Source of the DNA: the human T2T-CHM13v2.0 reference genome, Homo sapiens
Assembly (NCBI RefSeq): GCF_009914755.1
Contig: NC_060927.1
Length of the DNA stretch: 64,000 nucleotides
Reading direction: 5' to 3' (one strand)
Positions 16,546-29,811 of this stretch are shown in pieces; position 1 is the stretch's first letter; each line of letters starts with the position of its first letter. The notes beneath the pieces are model-generated. The model was not told the DNA's origin. It saw nothing but the letters and a program-made list of their open reading frames with translations, and ran no database searches. A program made the position numbers and the translations under genes.

Positions 16546-16896
16546 TACTATGGCTTAAAGGTTTGTGTCCCCTCAAAAGTCATATGCTAAAATTCTAAGC
16601 CCCAAAATGTTGGTATTAGTTGGTGGGGCCTCTGGGAGGTGATTAGGTCATAAGGCAGGAACCTTTATGAATGGGATCGAGGCTTTTATAAAAGAAGCCC
16701 AGAGAGCTATGTGAGGACCATATGATAATCCAGCTAGAAAGTACCTTCTATAATCCAGGAATGGGCCCTCACCAGACAGTGAATCTGCCTTGATTTTGGA
16801 CATCCCAGTATCCAGAGCTGTGAGAAAAAAATTTCTGTTATTTATAAGCCACTCAGTCTATGGTATTTTGCGATAGTAGCTTGAATAGACTGACAC
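16546..16896 (+). mobile_element. MLT1A/MLT1A0 MaLR LTR nested in MLT2
   Basis: TACTATGG...GTTTGTGTCCCC...GGGAGGTGATTAGGTCAT...TTTATAAGCCACTCAGTCTATGGTATTTTG. Confidence 0.82.
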
Positions 16897-16957
16897 GGCA
16901 TTCTGCATCTCCAGTCTGCCCGCCTGTGCTTGAACTTTCCAGCCTTTATAAACTGCA

Positions 16958-17318
16958 TGTATTAGTCCATTTTCATTCTGTTGATAAAGACATATCCACC
17001 CTGGGTAATTTATAAAGAAAAAGAGATTTAATGGACTCTCAGTTCCATGTGGCTGGGGAGGCCTCCCAATCATGGCAGAAGGTGAAAGGCACGTCTTTCA
17101 TGGCAGCAGGCAAGAGAGAATGAGAGCAATGAAGAAAGGGAAACCCCTTATAAAACCATCAGATCTCATGAGACTTATTCACTACCAGGAGAGCAGTATG
17201 GAGAAAACTGACCCCGTGATATAATTATCTCCCACCAAGTCCCTCCCACAACATGTGGGAATTATGGGAGCTACAATTCAAGATGAGATTTGGGTGGGGA
17301 CACAGCAAAGCCGTATCA
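16958..17318 (-). mobile_element. THE1B-like MaLR solo LTR nested in MLT2
   Basis: TGTATTAGTCCATTTTCA...GAGATTTGGGTGGGGACACAG...TATCA, 361 bp. TSD CTGCA at 16953-16957 and 17319-17323. Confidence 0.92.
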
Positions 17319-17619
17319 CTGCATGAGCTAATTACTTAAAATCAATTTCTCTCTCTCTTTTTATCCATATATATATACACACATATATCCTCCTATATAT
17401 ATATGTGCATATATATATGCACACACATACACACACCTATTCTATTGGTTTTGTTTCTCTAGAGAACCCTGACTAGTACATATGACTCATAAAGTATGTG
17501 ACTAATTAAAGATGCTTACTTTTAAAATTTCAGAGTAGATATAAGCACTCAGCAAACCCTTAGGATATAACACTTAACAAACACATGACATGCACTATTT
17601 GGGAAACTTTCAACCATTA

Positions 17620-19138
17620 CAGTAGTCAAACTTCAAGGTGGATCCCAATGATCCCAGCTCCTAATGGTATTCATACTCCTATGTAGCCTCTTCCTACATG
17701 AAACCACCATTAGTCTGTTTGATCAATAGAATATAGCAGAAAGATATAGATTCACAGATTCCTTCAATCAAATAATAAGGCCTTTAAAAAGTTTATGGAA
17801 GTTGTCCTTTGGCTATTTTAATAGAAGCCCATAGTGGAGAAAGAGTTACCTCAAAGCAATTTGTGACTGTGACTTTTGTTTAATGGAGTGAACCTTAATA
17901 AGTTTCAAGGAGACAAAAATTATTTTTACAGAATATTATATTTAAAGAATCACAGACAGCTTAACTGAAAGGGACAGAGAGTAGAAAATTAAAGCCTGGA
18001 ACTTCCAAATTTCTGCAAGAAGGAAACAGCTGCAAACACATACTTCCTTTTGTGAAAAAGAAAGGATAACTCAGGGCAGAACCAAGATCCCAGAGGGTGA
18101 AGCCCAGAACCGCAGTAAATCATTTGCAGGCAGCAGTTTGACTGAATCCCATTCAAAGAACTTTCAACATGTGCCTGGATGGATTTAAGCCTTGCTGTGG
18201 ACCAGTAGGTGTAACTTTTGTTTTCTCTAGTTTGAATAGGAGTTCCTACTTCAGCTATTCTAAGCTTGTCCCACCATTGTACGTTAGTTGTATATGCGTT
18301 GGAGGGTGAGTGTCATCATCTCTTTAGCTCACAAGACTCCAGATTGAAAAATATCTGGACACAAGGTGCTTTCCTTAAGGAATCACACGGAAATAGACTC
18401 CTTTGCACCTGGAGTTGATGTAGATGATAAGATTCTGGGTGTCACACTGAAATTGAATGAGATGAGAATTTGGGGTCCCTAGGAGGGGATGAGAGTATTT
18501 TGCATGTAAGACAGACATAAATGATTGGTGAAAAGAAGTCAGGCTGTGGTAGCCATCCTTCAAGATGGCCCCCCAAATTCCCATATCTAGAATTGGGACT
18601 TTTTTTGTAGTTTTTTTCCCACATTTAATAGGGATAGGGTCTGTGACAAATAGAATATATTAGAAATGATGACATTTCACTTCTGAGGTAGATTACAAAT
18701 GATACTGTGACTTTCATCTTGGCATTCTCAATCCCCTCACCACTCCTCAAGTTCATTCTGTCTCTCCTCTCTCTCTCTCCTTTCTTCAGAACACTTACTC
18801 TGGTGAAAGTCAGCCTGTTATATCATGAGCAGCATCACTGAGAGGCCCATGTGTTAAGAATCTGAGGCCTCTGATCCATGGTCAGTGAGAAATTGAGGGC
18901 TACTACCAATAGCCACTGAATAGTACTTGGAAATGGGACCTCCACTCTCAGACAAACTTTCTGCAGACTTCATCCTAAACCTCGACTGCAGCCTTCTGAA
19001 AACACTCTGAGCCAAAACCATCTGGGGAAACCACTACCTGATTCTTGACTCTCATAAACCATGTGATAAACTAAGTTTCTTGTTTTAAGGAGCCATGTTT
19101 TGTGGTAATTTGTTACATAGCAACTAACAGCTACTATA
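17620..19138 (+). mobile_element. MLT1F/G-like MaLR remnant: partial 5' LTR, deleted internal region, 3' LTR (18545-19138)
   Basis: LTR-like start at ~17620. MLT-internal 3' end (GAGTATTTTGCATGT...) leads into TGTGGTAGCCATCCTTCAAGATGGCCCCCC at 18545. LTR end GGTAATTTGTTACATAGCAA. Confidence 0.7.
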
Positions 19139-20673
19139 CTCATTCAAGTGTTTATTAATATCTTACCAGATATCTACCTTATTCAAGGTGCTATCAGAGA
19201 TAAAGCATAATATCCGACCTCTTTATAAGTCAGGTCTCAGTGCTGAAAACAAGCCACTGTAGAAATTTTTAACTGGAAATGTTTGATAAAGGGTTATAGA
19301 CGTTTAGAAATATACTGGAAAACTTGAAGTGCATGGTCAAGGCAGAAGCCTTAGGGGCTACTGTTTGAGGCCATGATTGGTATCAGGAGTTCAAAAGCAC
19401 ACCTCTGTGAATGAATGAAGATGGCATAAAAAAGTGACCCACAGCCACTGCTGCTCCTACTGATACATATAGGTCTGAACATCTGGTAAAGTAGAGAATG
19501 GACACCAGAATTTCACTGCAGGAAAACAGCATATGACTACAACATTACTATCAGCATAATCAAAGAGGTGAAAAAAATGGCTTCTGCCTCATTCCTACCC
19601 TCCAATTCTTCTTCAAGTAAATCTAATCAGTGAAACCTGATTCTCTTCTGGAATCTTAGTAGCAAAGAGATCTGGGAATGTTTTTAGCTTTCTAATGTCT
19701 TCAACTTGAATGGAGTTAGAATGGATGTTGAGAGCCAGTTCTCACCCTTTACCACAGTCTGTGCACACAAGGGGTTTACAAGCTTAATAGAATGACAAGA
19801 TTAACATAATGTGACAAGATTAGAAATGGGGCATGTGCTAAATTGAGTGTTACAGTTTAAGTTCAGCAGAAGATCAGAGAAAAAGGAGATTAGAGTGCGA
19901 TGCAGAATTCAGAGAAAGTTCCATGGAAGAACTTAGCTTTCAGTCAGGGCTTGAAAAGATGGAAAGAACTGAATAAACCTGGATAAAAGTAGAGTGTTTA
20001 ACGCAGGTGGATGGCAAATGTGAAGGCAAGAATTAATGCAGATGATAGCAGGTAGTTAGCCTGACTCTTGCAAAGAATAAGTAATGAAAGATGGTCATAA
20101 CAATGGACTATGAAATATACATGGCTGTGAAAATTGAGGTAATATCTAAATATATTGCATGTGGGTATATGTGTACTCAATGTTGATAACATACATTTAT
20201 GTAATCATGTAAATTATGTGTGTATTGTCATTCAGTCGATTTCTTTCTTTGTCAGATACTAATGGACTTAGTCTAAGCTAAAGGAATACACAGGACCACA
20301 GATATCTCAACATTTCCTTCCTTCCAACCCTGGTCATGTTTGTGCAGTGACTATGAAAGTCTTTAACAGTTTTTTTTCTCTGATTTGTATGTTGGTTTCT
20401 TTATTACAGAAATCAGGCTTTCCCTGAACTCCTTAACTCTTTCCAATTCTTTCCCTATTGAGGGGCTAGACTTGTTCTCATATTTTCTTAGCCATTGACC
20501 ATGGTTCTGCTTCTAAATGGAAATTGTTGATGATTGTTATGTGAAACTGGCTAATTTAGAATAGTGCATGTGCCTAGGAGTTGCCTGCTGTTATGTCTCC
20601 TCACTTAGGTCAGGTCTTCATCCATTTTGATATATTAATAGTAATCATAATGATCACGTATTGAGCATGTGTT

Positions 20674-21280
20674 TGTATGAAATGCTTGTTCCCTGGTGCC
20701 TTAAAGAAATAGCACTTGAACATAAATTTAATTTACTCAGCAAGGCCATTTTTACTTCCTGCAGAAATGGTGCAGAAAGGGTACACTCACCAGCAGTGTT
20801 GCCACGAGAGTACACTGATCAAAGGAGACAGGGTCATTTATAACCTGATGCGTCCACCCTACTGCTGTGTCCGGTTTCCATTGGCTGGAACAGGACCTCA
20901 CATTCTGCATTTGTCCCGATTGGCGAGCAACTTAGAACTTTTTAAAAGAGACAAAGGCAGAGGAGAACAAAGGAAGGAGGAAGTAACTTGTGGAAGGCTG
21001 AGAAAGGTAAAAACACCTTCAAATGAGGAATAGGAACAGGCTATAACCTAATGCTTGCTTGGACCAGTATAAGCACGCCAGGGAAAATATTTAGGCTAAA
21101 TTGTAGAAGCTAAGAACATAAAGTACATTGATTTTTTTTTTAATCACAATTAGCAGATATTTAAGAATGTTAGCACAGGTCTTTGAATCAATTTTTCTTC
21201 TAAGAGAAGTTACTATTTATTCCTAATTAAATGGGGTGGAAAGTCTTTGAAGAGGAAGCACTACTTTACAAATTTTTACA
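20674..21280 (-). mobile_element. ERV1 solo LTR, LTR10C-like
   Basis: TG...CA termini, 607 bp, 4-bp TSD TGTT (20670-20673, 21281-21284). On - it has two CCAAT boxes and a TATAAA. Matches the recalled LTR10C text TCTTCAAAGACTTTCC...AATTAGGAATAAATAGTAACTTCTCTTAGAAG. Confidence 0.82.
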
Positions 21281-23439
21281 TGTTTTATCCCAGAAAAGGT
21301 GTTAGGTATTTTCTAAAAACTATTTCCAATACAAATACACGTTTTTGTTTCCATTTTATAGATGAGAGAACTAATTTAACTCCAGAACCTGTAGTCTTTA
21401 CATTATATCATAAAAATTAAAACACAACACATGATCTTTATATGATAGTATCTCAGACCTCACAGCTTACAAAATGTTGCTGTTGTTAATTATTTCATTT
21501 GATCCTCAGAATAAGATTGTGAGGTGAGAAAGGTAGGAAAATTCTGTCTTCTTTTTTTAATAGTTTGGAGAAGCAACTAAATTCTCAGTCACCTGCTCTA
21601 GAAAGTTGAGTACTTAATAAACATTATTAAATTTTGATCAAGTCTTATATAAAGAAAATTTGTGTCCCATGAATATTAGATAAATAGACACATAGAAAGG
21701 TAAACAGACTCATGTAAGGTTTTGAAGCTCAGAGAAGTTTGGAGATCCTTCAATATCACAAAGTACATATTTTGCCACAGTAGAAATTGGTAAAATACAG
21801 TTATGATAAAATTTCTTTCTTCCATAATTGACTTCATTTTGATCATAGCTAAGATTTCCATGTGCAGATGAATCCATATCTCTCATTTTGGACAGGGAAA
21901 ATATCCAACATTGGTCATCTCTCTGAGTCTCAACCAAATCTCTAATGTCTTCTGCTAATTAATGCATCATTTTCAATAGTAGAAATCTCAAAATAGCATT
22001 GTTAGGTTTTTTCATTTGTTTGGCTCTTTACTACTGCAGACCACAGAAAAGTGATCTTTGGCCAATTTATATAGGTATGTTTGCATCATGTTGGAAGATG
22101 AGTTTACTATTAGGGTTCACTATCCACATAGATGTTTTAGAAAGTGCTAATGCATGAAGTGACCTCAGAAAATAAAGTTTAACCTCAAATTAAAAAAAAT
22201 TGAATTTTAGTTATTTGTCAGGATATGGAAAAGAATTATAACTTCAAAATGACCTTCAGTTCTTAAATTTCATCTTTTAGCAATTAGACCTCACAACCAG
22301 CCTGCCCTTTTCCGATCAAGAAACAAAAATTTATGCCTATGTAGCATCAAAAATTCCTTGGTTATAATCAAGAGGAACATAAAGGTGAACATTTTCATTA
22401 GTGCATGTCATGAACATTGTGGAGAAAAGAATTATAACCCACCCCACTCTAATGCATCTTCTCTGAGGAGTCATTTTAAGTGAAAAAAAAAAATCCTCGG
22501 TTTTTCAGTCACTCCAACTACTTAAAATAAGTTTTAAAGTAGCACAGGGAAAGTTCTCCAGGAATAGAAAAGGCCGTTGATCTCAGCTAGAGCCATGTGA
22601 AAAATCTGTAAGCTAGAGACTAATGATTCTACATCAGGAATAATGCATTCAATTTTAAAATCAGGGATATTGATTGAAATCCAAGAGATAGATGTGAGTC
22701 TTAAGCCTGTGGAAAGAGATCTAATACATTTTTTCATATATTTAATTAATCATGGTCATTATGAGACAAAGAATTAAATATAATGCATCATTTGTCTGAG
22801 CTTTATTGAATACTTCATAATTGCATAAAATCTATGTGATAATTAATATATCTTGCTTTTAGATCACAGAGAAGGGATTTTGTAGTTTAAGACTAAAAAT
22901 TAAAAGTTGTTGGGAAAGGATCAATTGTAACCTAAATAATAATCGATCACTATTTCAGTAAAGACCACAGAATTACCTTCTAGACTAATAAATTTATGAA
23001 TAGATATCCAAGTGGCTATTTTTATTTACTCAAAGGAGTAAATTTTCAAATTATCAGCTCCCAAACTAATCATGCTGCAGATAATCAGATCTTAACTTGT
23101 TGTGGACTAAATTAATATAAATTTCATGTTACATAGGCAGATCATTTCAGATTAACATTTGCTTATACATGCTGATAGGCCCACCAAACTATGCAATTAT
23201 GCCAGAATAATATTAAAAAGCTTAGAATTAATCTGTTTTTAAGCCCAAGGTTGTATGAAAAATATAGAACATTTACCGATTAACTTTGCATTAGGCACTT
23301 CACACATTTCTCACATTCTTATTTAATCCTTTTATTGCACAAATGATCTTCTGTGGTAGGCATCATCGTCTCTTCTTTACAGCTGAAAAACTGAACTCAA
23401 GATCATGTAGCTGGAATTAATCTGGGCTTTTACTGACAC

Positions 23440-23932
23440 CCACCTTTGTGCCAGTCTTTGGGAGATTACACATCTGACTAAAATGTTCACACTTCTCTGA
23501 ATCCACTCCACGTGTAGTGTCCTTCTACTGTGGCTTGGTGACCTAGGTTTACCCCTGGGGCTTGCTTTGACCAGTGGAACTTCAGCAGGCACTACACAAG
23601 AAAAGGCTTAATGGAGTCTGCATAATTTGACTTGATTTGTGCCTCTTTCACTACCATGAGACAAACATATCTTAGCTAGTTTCTTGGTTCCAGGAAGGTG
23701 AAAGAAAGGTGGTGCCGATCCTCACTAGAGAATTTGCCCAATGCAAGCCAGTAAAGAATAGAACTCTGTCGAGTCAGTAAACTGCAGAAGCACAAGTTCA
23801 GTCAAGCCCAACTAAGTTCAATCTTGATCAGCGTGGTCTTAGATGTTTCCAGATACTTGAGCTGAAAGGATAAATGATTATTTTTTTTTGAGCTGTGGGG
23901 TGGTTTGTTATGCTGCAGTTGACAACCAATAC
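23440..23932 (+). mobile_element. Old MLT1 (J/K-like) LTR
   Basis: CTTGCTTTGACCAGTGGAA...CCATGAGA...GGGGTGGTTTGTTATGCTGCAGTTGACAACCAATACA. Confidence 0.6.
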
Positions 23933-24353
23933 AAAATTGTAAACTCTTTCCCTTGCTTTTTGTAGATGATAAAATGAAACGCAATGTCTCACAGGAGAAA
24001 CTTACAGAAGTGTTGAAGCATCTTTGCTGTCTGTGCATAAGAAAAGTGCAACACTAATGTTAAGAGGCAGGAAAGACTGGGTTTAGGTGGCTTGTCAGTT
24101 TTTCTATGTGAAAACGGTATTTGATGTTCTCTATTAATCTAGGACAAAAGATAAGATGAGAACCAAAAGGGAAGGATAGGATACCATCCATGAGGTACTA
24201 TAGTGACACACCAGTATACTTTTGAGTGTATAAATGTCAAGAGGAAGTGTTCCAACTCACTCCTCTCTGTACGCCCTTCTGGAAGAGGTAAAATATAACA
24301 GGCAAGACTCACTTTTGTAGTTAAAGTAACCATGGAAATTTTAAACGTTCCAT

Positions 24354-24569
24354 CATGGATTGACAAACTGTAGCCCATAAGCCAAATCTAGCCTGCTGCC
24401 ACTTTTTATTAAGTTTCACTGAAGAAGACAGCCATATCTCCATTACATATTGCCTATTGCTGCTTTTACTCCACATTAGCAGAGGTGAGCAGTTGAGAGA
24501 GACATTACACACATAAAACTTAACATACTTACTATCCGGCTCATTTTAGAAAATGTTTGCTGACCCTTG
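24354..24569. mobile_element. MER58A-like hAT MITE
   Basis: ACAAACTGTAGCCCATAAGCCAAATCTAGCCTGCTGCC...TACTTACTATCCGGC...AAAATGTTTGCTGACCCTTG. Confidence 0.75.
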
Positions 24570-24949
24570 CTGTAGAGTGCTGTAGGAAGGCATGGCTGGA
24601 AGATGTTAGACTAGAGCAGGAACGTACAGTTGATCATGTGAGGAAATCGTGTAGGTGTGGTTGTTGCTGTGGTTGTAATACTGTGGCTGTTCTTAATGAA
24701 TGAGAAAAGGGACATGATTTCAGGGAATTCTCACTGGGGTCCATTGTGAAATTTGAGGTCAGTGCTTCTGTCATTCACTTGTAGAAAATTATTGAATGGC
24801 TTATCTACTTTTAAAAATCTTATTTTGATGCAGCATCTTTACAACATTAGTGTCATCCCAAAGATTTAACTTAATTTCTAGGTGGAAATTTGAACCAAGA
24901 GAAATGGGACACTCCAGAAATGTAGCCAGGCCCAGATATATTTTCTATA

Positions 24950-24953
<4 letters not shown>

Positions 24954-24999
<46 letters not shown>
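24954..24999. repeat. (GT)23 perfect microsatellite
   Basis: Read directly from the sequence. Confidence 0.98.
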
Positions 25000-25001
<2 letters not shown>

Positions 25002-27789
25002 AAAAGGTATCAGTCAGATATTCCCCCAATAATATGTATGTTTGGATCAAGCACAACGTGAAGACATAACTACAAGGCATATGCTGTCAGACCATTTTTC
25101 AGAGAACCCAAAATTGTTTATTTGTTGTGTGCATCCTCCAGCCCTGACAAATCCCCAAGGACCAAATAAATACTACACTCCTCTCCACTTCAAAGTTCCT
25201 CTGAGTTTTACTGTTCAAATTACAGTGGTGGCTGCTTTCCCCTTCTCTATTGCTTGTTCTTTGTCTGTTTTCACACTCCTCCCGGCTGTGTAATCACTCA
25301 TTCTCTCTCATTTATCACAGCCTCTCCCGGTCCTGACTACGCTATCTCCCCATTTTTGTCATGGTGCACTGGTACATTACAAATACAATTAAACCTCTTA
25401 TGATATTGGAGCTTTTGCCCAACACATCCCAGCTTCAAGGTTGAAAGATTTCTGATATTACCTCTGATATCAGTTCTTTCCCACTTATCGGCAGTGTCCG
25501 GACTAATGCAGTAGTGTTGCATTAATTAAAGGAAGCATCTAGTAATACTGCTGTTTTTGCCAGTCTGACACTGAATCAGGAGTCTAATGCCTGCTCATGT
25601 TTTAAGAACCATTTATCACCCATGTCATCCCAAAGCAGCCAGCTGTCTGAGCCAAGCCTCATTTGCATTTCATCAACCACAGGCTCTCTTTCCCCATCTC
25701 ACTCTCAAGTCTTTGTATAGCAGCTCTAATTTTTTAAAGCATGTTTTTCAAAGAAGGAGCTTAGCTAAAATTACTATGCTCCATAGAAAGTTGATTTCAA
25801 TACCAGACACAAGTCTCCATACTGATTGTGGCCAAAATGAGTAACACAGACTGTGCCTTGAATTTGTTCTTTCTCTTGGTCAGGTGATGGAGAGATGGGG
25901 AGAGCTGTAACCACTACCTCACTCCCAAAATTGGTACAGAAATTTTATTGATATTTTCATTTGATAGTAAATATAAAAATTCAATTTTATTTTCTGATTA
26001 TGAAAACTATTACAGTAACAAATGAAATATATTTGATTTCATTTCATCATTCATTTTGCACTTGGCCCTCTGTTCTTTTTACTCTCTCCAATCCCATATA
26101 ACGTAACCTTCTCTACCCACCAAAGCTATTTAGACATATCTTGACAATGGCCCACATTTCCCAAAACAATGGGAAACCAGCTAATGAAACTATGGAATTT
26201 GAAGCCATTTCAAAATAAAGTCAGCATTGGTCTTCATAATTTCAAAATCATCTGTGTAATTAATGTACACATTTTCTTTTGTACCTATATCTTTAATATA
26301 TCCTCCTTTTCTATCTATTGATCCAAATTTTAATACCTCTTGAGTAAATTTAGCTTTTCCTTTCCAAGGCAAAAGTAATACTTCTCCCTTTCCTTGAATC
26401 ATTTTCATAGTAAATACCTTTTCAGCAAGCTTATGCAGAATGTGTGTGTATGTGTGTGTGTTGGGGGCATTGTTGGTTGAGGTTGTATGTACGGAGAGTG
26501 AGGTGGAGGAGATTATGTTAACTCACTGTGCCATAGACTTGTCCACCCTCAATGTTTGGCCTAAACCAAATCCCTAGAGATAATTTTTTAGAGGCAATCA
26601 TCCCCTTTTATGTTCTTGCTTTTAAACCCAGATGGTCAGCAACAGTGGACACCTGTCTCCCACTGAGACCATTTGATAAAGGTCATTTAACAGTTTTTCC
26701 TGATAATACCCTTCAGTCACCATGGGGTTGGTTTCAGATTCCATTCAGTGACCCAGAAACTTGAAAGCTCTATATCCATAACTAATCCTTTGGGATTTCT
26801 GGTCCTCAATAGGTAATTATTTCAACAAGTTTCTTTTTGAAAATAAAATGATCTTTTGGAATTTTTATTAAATTGAATGGGAAAATAAGAATTTTGTATG
26901 TATTAAATCTAGTTTACATCTCAAGCACATTTTAAGATTAACATCACTTAAATTTTAATCAAACATTTAGAGCACAAGAACAAATACTTTCTAATAAACT
27001 ATGTAAAAACATGTTTTAATTTGATTAAGTGTAATTTATTGTTATATACTTGATAACCTTCCTAATCCATTGTCAAAACACCTTACATTTTCAGAGCTGC
27101 AAAATGTGTTTCACTTATAAAAGTTATGTTCTAAAATCCCTTTTAATGCAGTCAGGATACTATAATTTATTGCATTAACACTATACGCTTATTTTCCACT
27201 GACTTGAAAATGCCATATTGGTACTTCTGAACTAACATTCATTTTTCAAACAGTAAACTGGTTTTCTGTAGCTTGTATGCTGTCATATATTCACAAAGAT
27301 TCATAAAATAAACATTTATTCTTTTACATTTTTTCATATCTCTTAATGCCCTTATTTCCTTTTTATTTTCCTTCAGATTTATGAACTAAGACGTTAATGC
27401 TTGAAGCTGAAACTTTTTCCCTCAGCTTTTGTACATGTAAATCTCTTTTTACATTACAACTCTTCCTGCCATGTTCAAGGTTATTAAAATATGTTCACAT
27501 TTTTGTAGATGGGTTGTTGTGTTAATAACATTTTTGTAAACACTTTCCATTTGACTACTTTAATTTGCTTTCATGTTTTTTCATAATCCTTACAATATCA
27601 TGAATTTTGAAAACATGGAATAAGGACTTCTGACATTAAGAACAATGGGTTTAATGAAATCAGCTCATTTGGTTTCTGAGGATATTTTTCCCCTCTTTAG
27701 CAAAAACATCGTAAAATTGTGATAGAAGATGTCTGTTAGTTGTATGGATGGATCATGTTAAACACTGGCTGGGTATGTATATGTAGTCA

Positions 27790-28005
27790 TTTTTTAAGAT
27801 AGAATTTTAATTTTAGAATAGCTTTAGATTTCTAGAAAATTGACTATAAAACAGAGTGTTCTCCCATACACCACACCCAGTTTCCTCTCTTGGTAACTCC
27901 TTATACGGGTATGGTACCTTTTTCGAAACTAACAAACCAATATTGCTACATGATATTAATTAAAGTCCATACATTGTTTATATTTCCTTAGTTGTTATCA
28001 AATGT
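27790..28005 (-). mobile_element. Old L1MC/MB-type 3' end fragment
   Basis: TTTTAGAATAGCTTTAGATT...CCCAGTTTCCTCT...CCAATATTG...TAAAGTCCATAC. Confidence 0.6.
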
Positions 28006-29746
28006 TATGAAGCTATTTTGATAGGAGAAAAAATTTATGGTATATATGTACAGATTGACCACATCCAAAGAAAGAAGGGAGGTGAATAATAAGAGACTCT
28101 GATGCTTTGCTGTAATTTTGACAATCACAGTTTTAAATCATGGCATTTTCCAAAATTGATTAGCTATGTAATCATAGTCCAGTTACTTTGCCTCTTTAAG
28201 CCCTACTTCCTTTGTGTAAAAGTGAGCAAAACAATAATATCTTTCTTATAGATTGGTGATGAGCATTAAATAAAATGTTGCAGATAAAGTTCTTAGTAAA
28301 GTATGGAACATAGTTCTTAATACATGTTGGCTATTTTTGTTATTATTACTAAATTTAAAGGCTGAGGAGCAAGCTGACTGATAGTATTCAGAATTACTTG
28401 TAGAATGTTTGCATTGCTTCAGACTGATAAATATTTTTACAGAGCCAATCACATTATCTCCAGGTACAATTTGCCCTATGAGATACGTGATATAATAAGT
28501 AGCCCATCAGATATCCAGCAGTAAAAACTAAATTAGAGGAGGGAAGTCCTGTTCCAACTGATTTGACATAACGTGGCTGAATTGTTAAATTTTAGTGAAA
28601 ATAATAATGATGGTTTGATCTTCAAAGTTTTGTTTTACCATTTCCCAAATAGCTTGGGATTATTGTAGTGTAACCACTTAAAATTCTGATGAAATGTCGA
28701 ATTATTTTTTCTAACTGATACTTTGTGAGTGCAACTACTTTGCACCGTGCAGAAAGAGGAAAAAAAATATATTCTAGGCATTCGCCAAATCTAACGTGGA
28801 TGAACAAGTCTTTACATTTCCTCCTGTCCTCAGATTTGCACCATAGAATTTCAGACCAAATAAAAAAAATTGTTTTTTTCACTACTTTTCTTTAAGGAAA
28901 TGTAAGAGAAAAAAAAGAAAGAAACACGTGTTTTGAAGGGTAGAATTTTGGCAATTATATCAGATTGAAAAATCCAAATGTGGATTAGCTTCAACCCATC
29001 AAAGATTCAAGAACTGCTACAGTTCTAAGAATGAGCCAAAAAAAACACGGGTATGCGTTGAGGGGAGGGAATTAGGAAGGAATTGATAGCCATTCAGACA
29101 TTTTCCCAGCATTAAGGCTTCACGAATTTTGCACTGGAAAGAAAGATTTATAAACTAAGAAACTCAGTATCCAGTCCACCCTATGATAAATGCTGCAGTG
29201 TGCCCAAGCATTCCTATTTGAGTATAGCTTTGTGCTTTGCCAATCATAACAATGGGTGATAGAATAATAAGAGCCTGCATGAAGCACTGTGCTAATGATG
29301 ATGTTCCCAGTAAGAACAAAAGAGAGGCCATTACTTTTAAACATCATTGAATATAATCAAGCACTGGGTAGGTAGGCTTGTCTGTATTTAGATTTTATAA
29401 CTCTACATTTATAGCTATAAAATAAAAAAAGACATATTATGAAATTTCTGTGGTTAAGAAAACTATTTATTATTACAAATGTGAATTTCTCTAGACGGTA
29501 AATTATTTTGAATTAGTTGACTTCATGTAAGTCGATTTGTTCAGTAAGACGGTGTAGACTTCTTGTAAATAGGAATAAGGGTGCATTTGATTAAGATCCA
29601 CTATTTTCTTATATGTATATCTCTTTTCTGTCCTCCCTCAGAATACCATCTTCCACAAAACAACACACATCTCTTCCACCAACTTCTGCCCAGAATACTG
29701 CATATTCAATGTCCACAAATGTTAGATACAGAATGTTCAATTTCTA

Positions 29747-29811
29747 TTAGGTTGGTGCAAAAGTAGTTGTGATTAATGGCAAAAATCACAATTATTTTTG
29801 CACCAAACTAA
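29747..29811. mobile_element. MADE1 (Hsmar1-derived mariner MITE), internally deleted
   Basis: TIRs TTAGGTTGGTGCAAAAGTA and TATTTTTGCACCAAACTAA, flanked by TA at 29745-29746 and 29812-29813. 65 bp versus the 80-bp consensus. Confidence 0.92.

Larger units (their letters stand above)
16267..17480 (+). mobile_element. MLT2 (MLT2D-like) ERVL solo LTR carrying two nested LTRs
   Basis: Starts TGTGATGGCTAATTTTATGTGTCAACTTG and ends GAGAACCCTGACTAGTACA. 5-bp TSD TATGA at 16262-16266 and 17481-17485. Confidence 0.88.
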
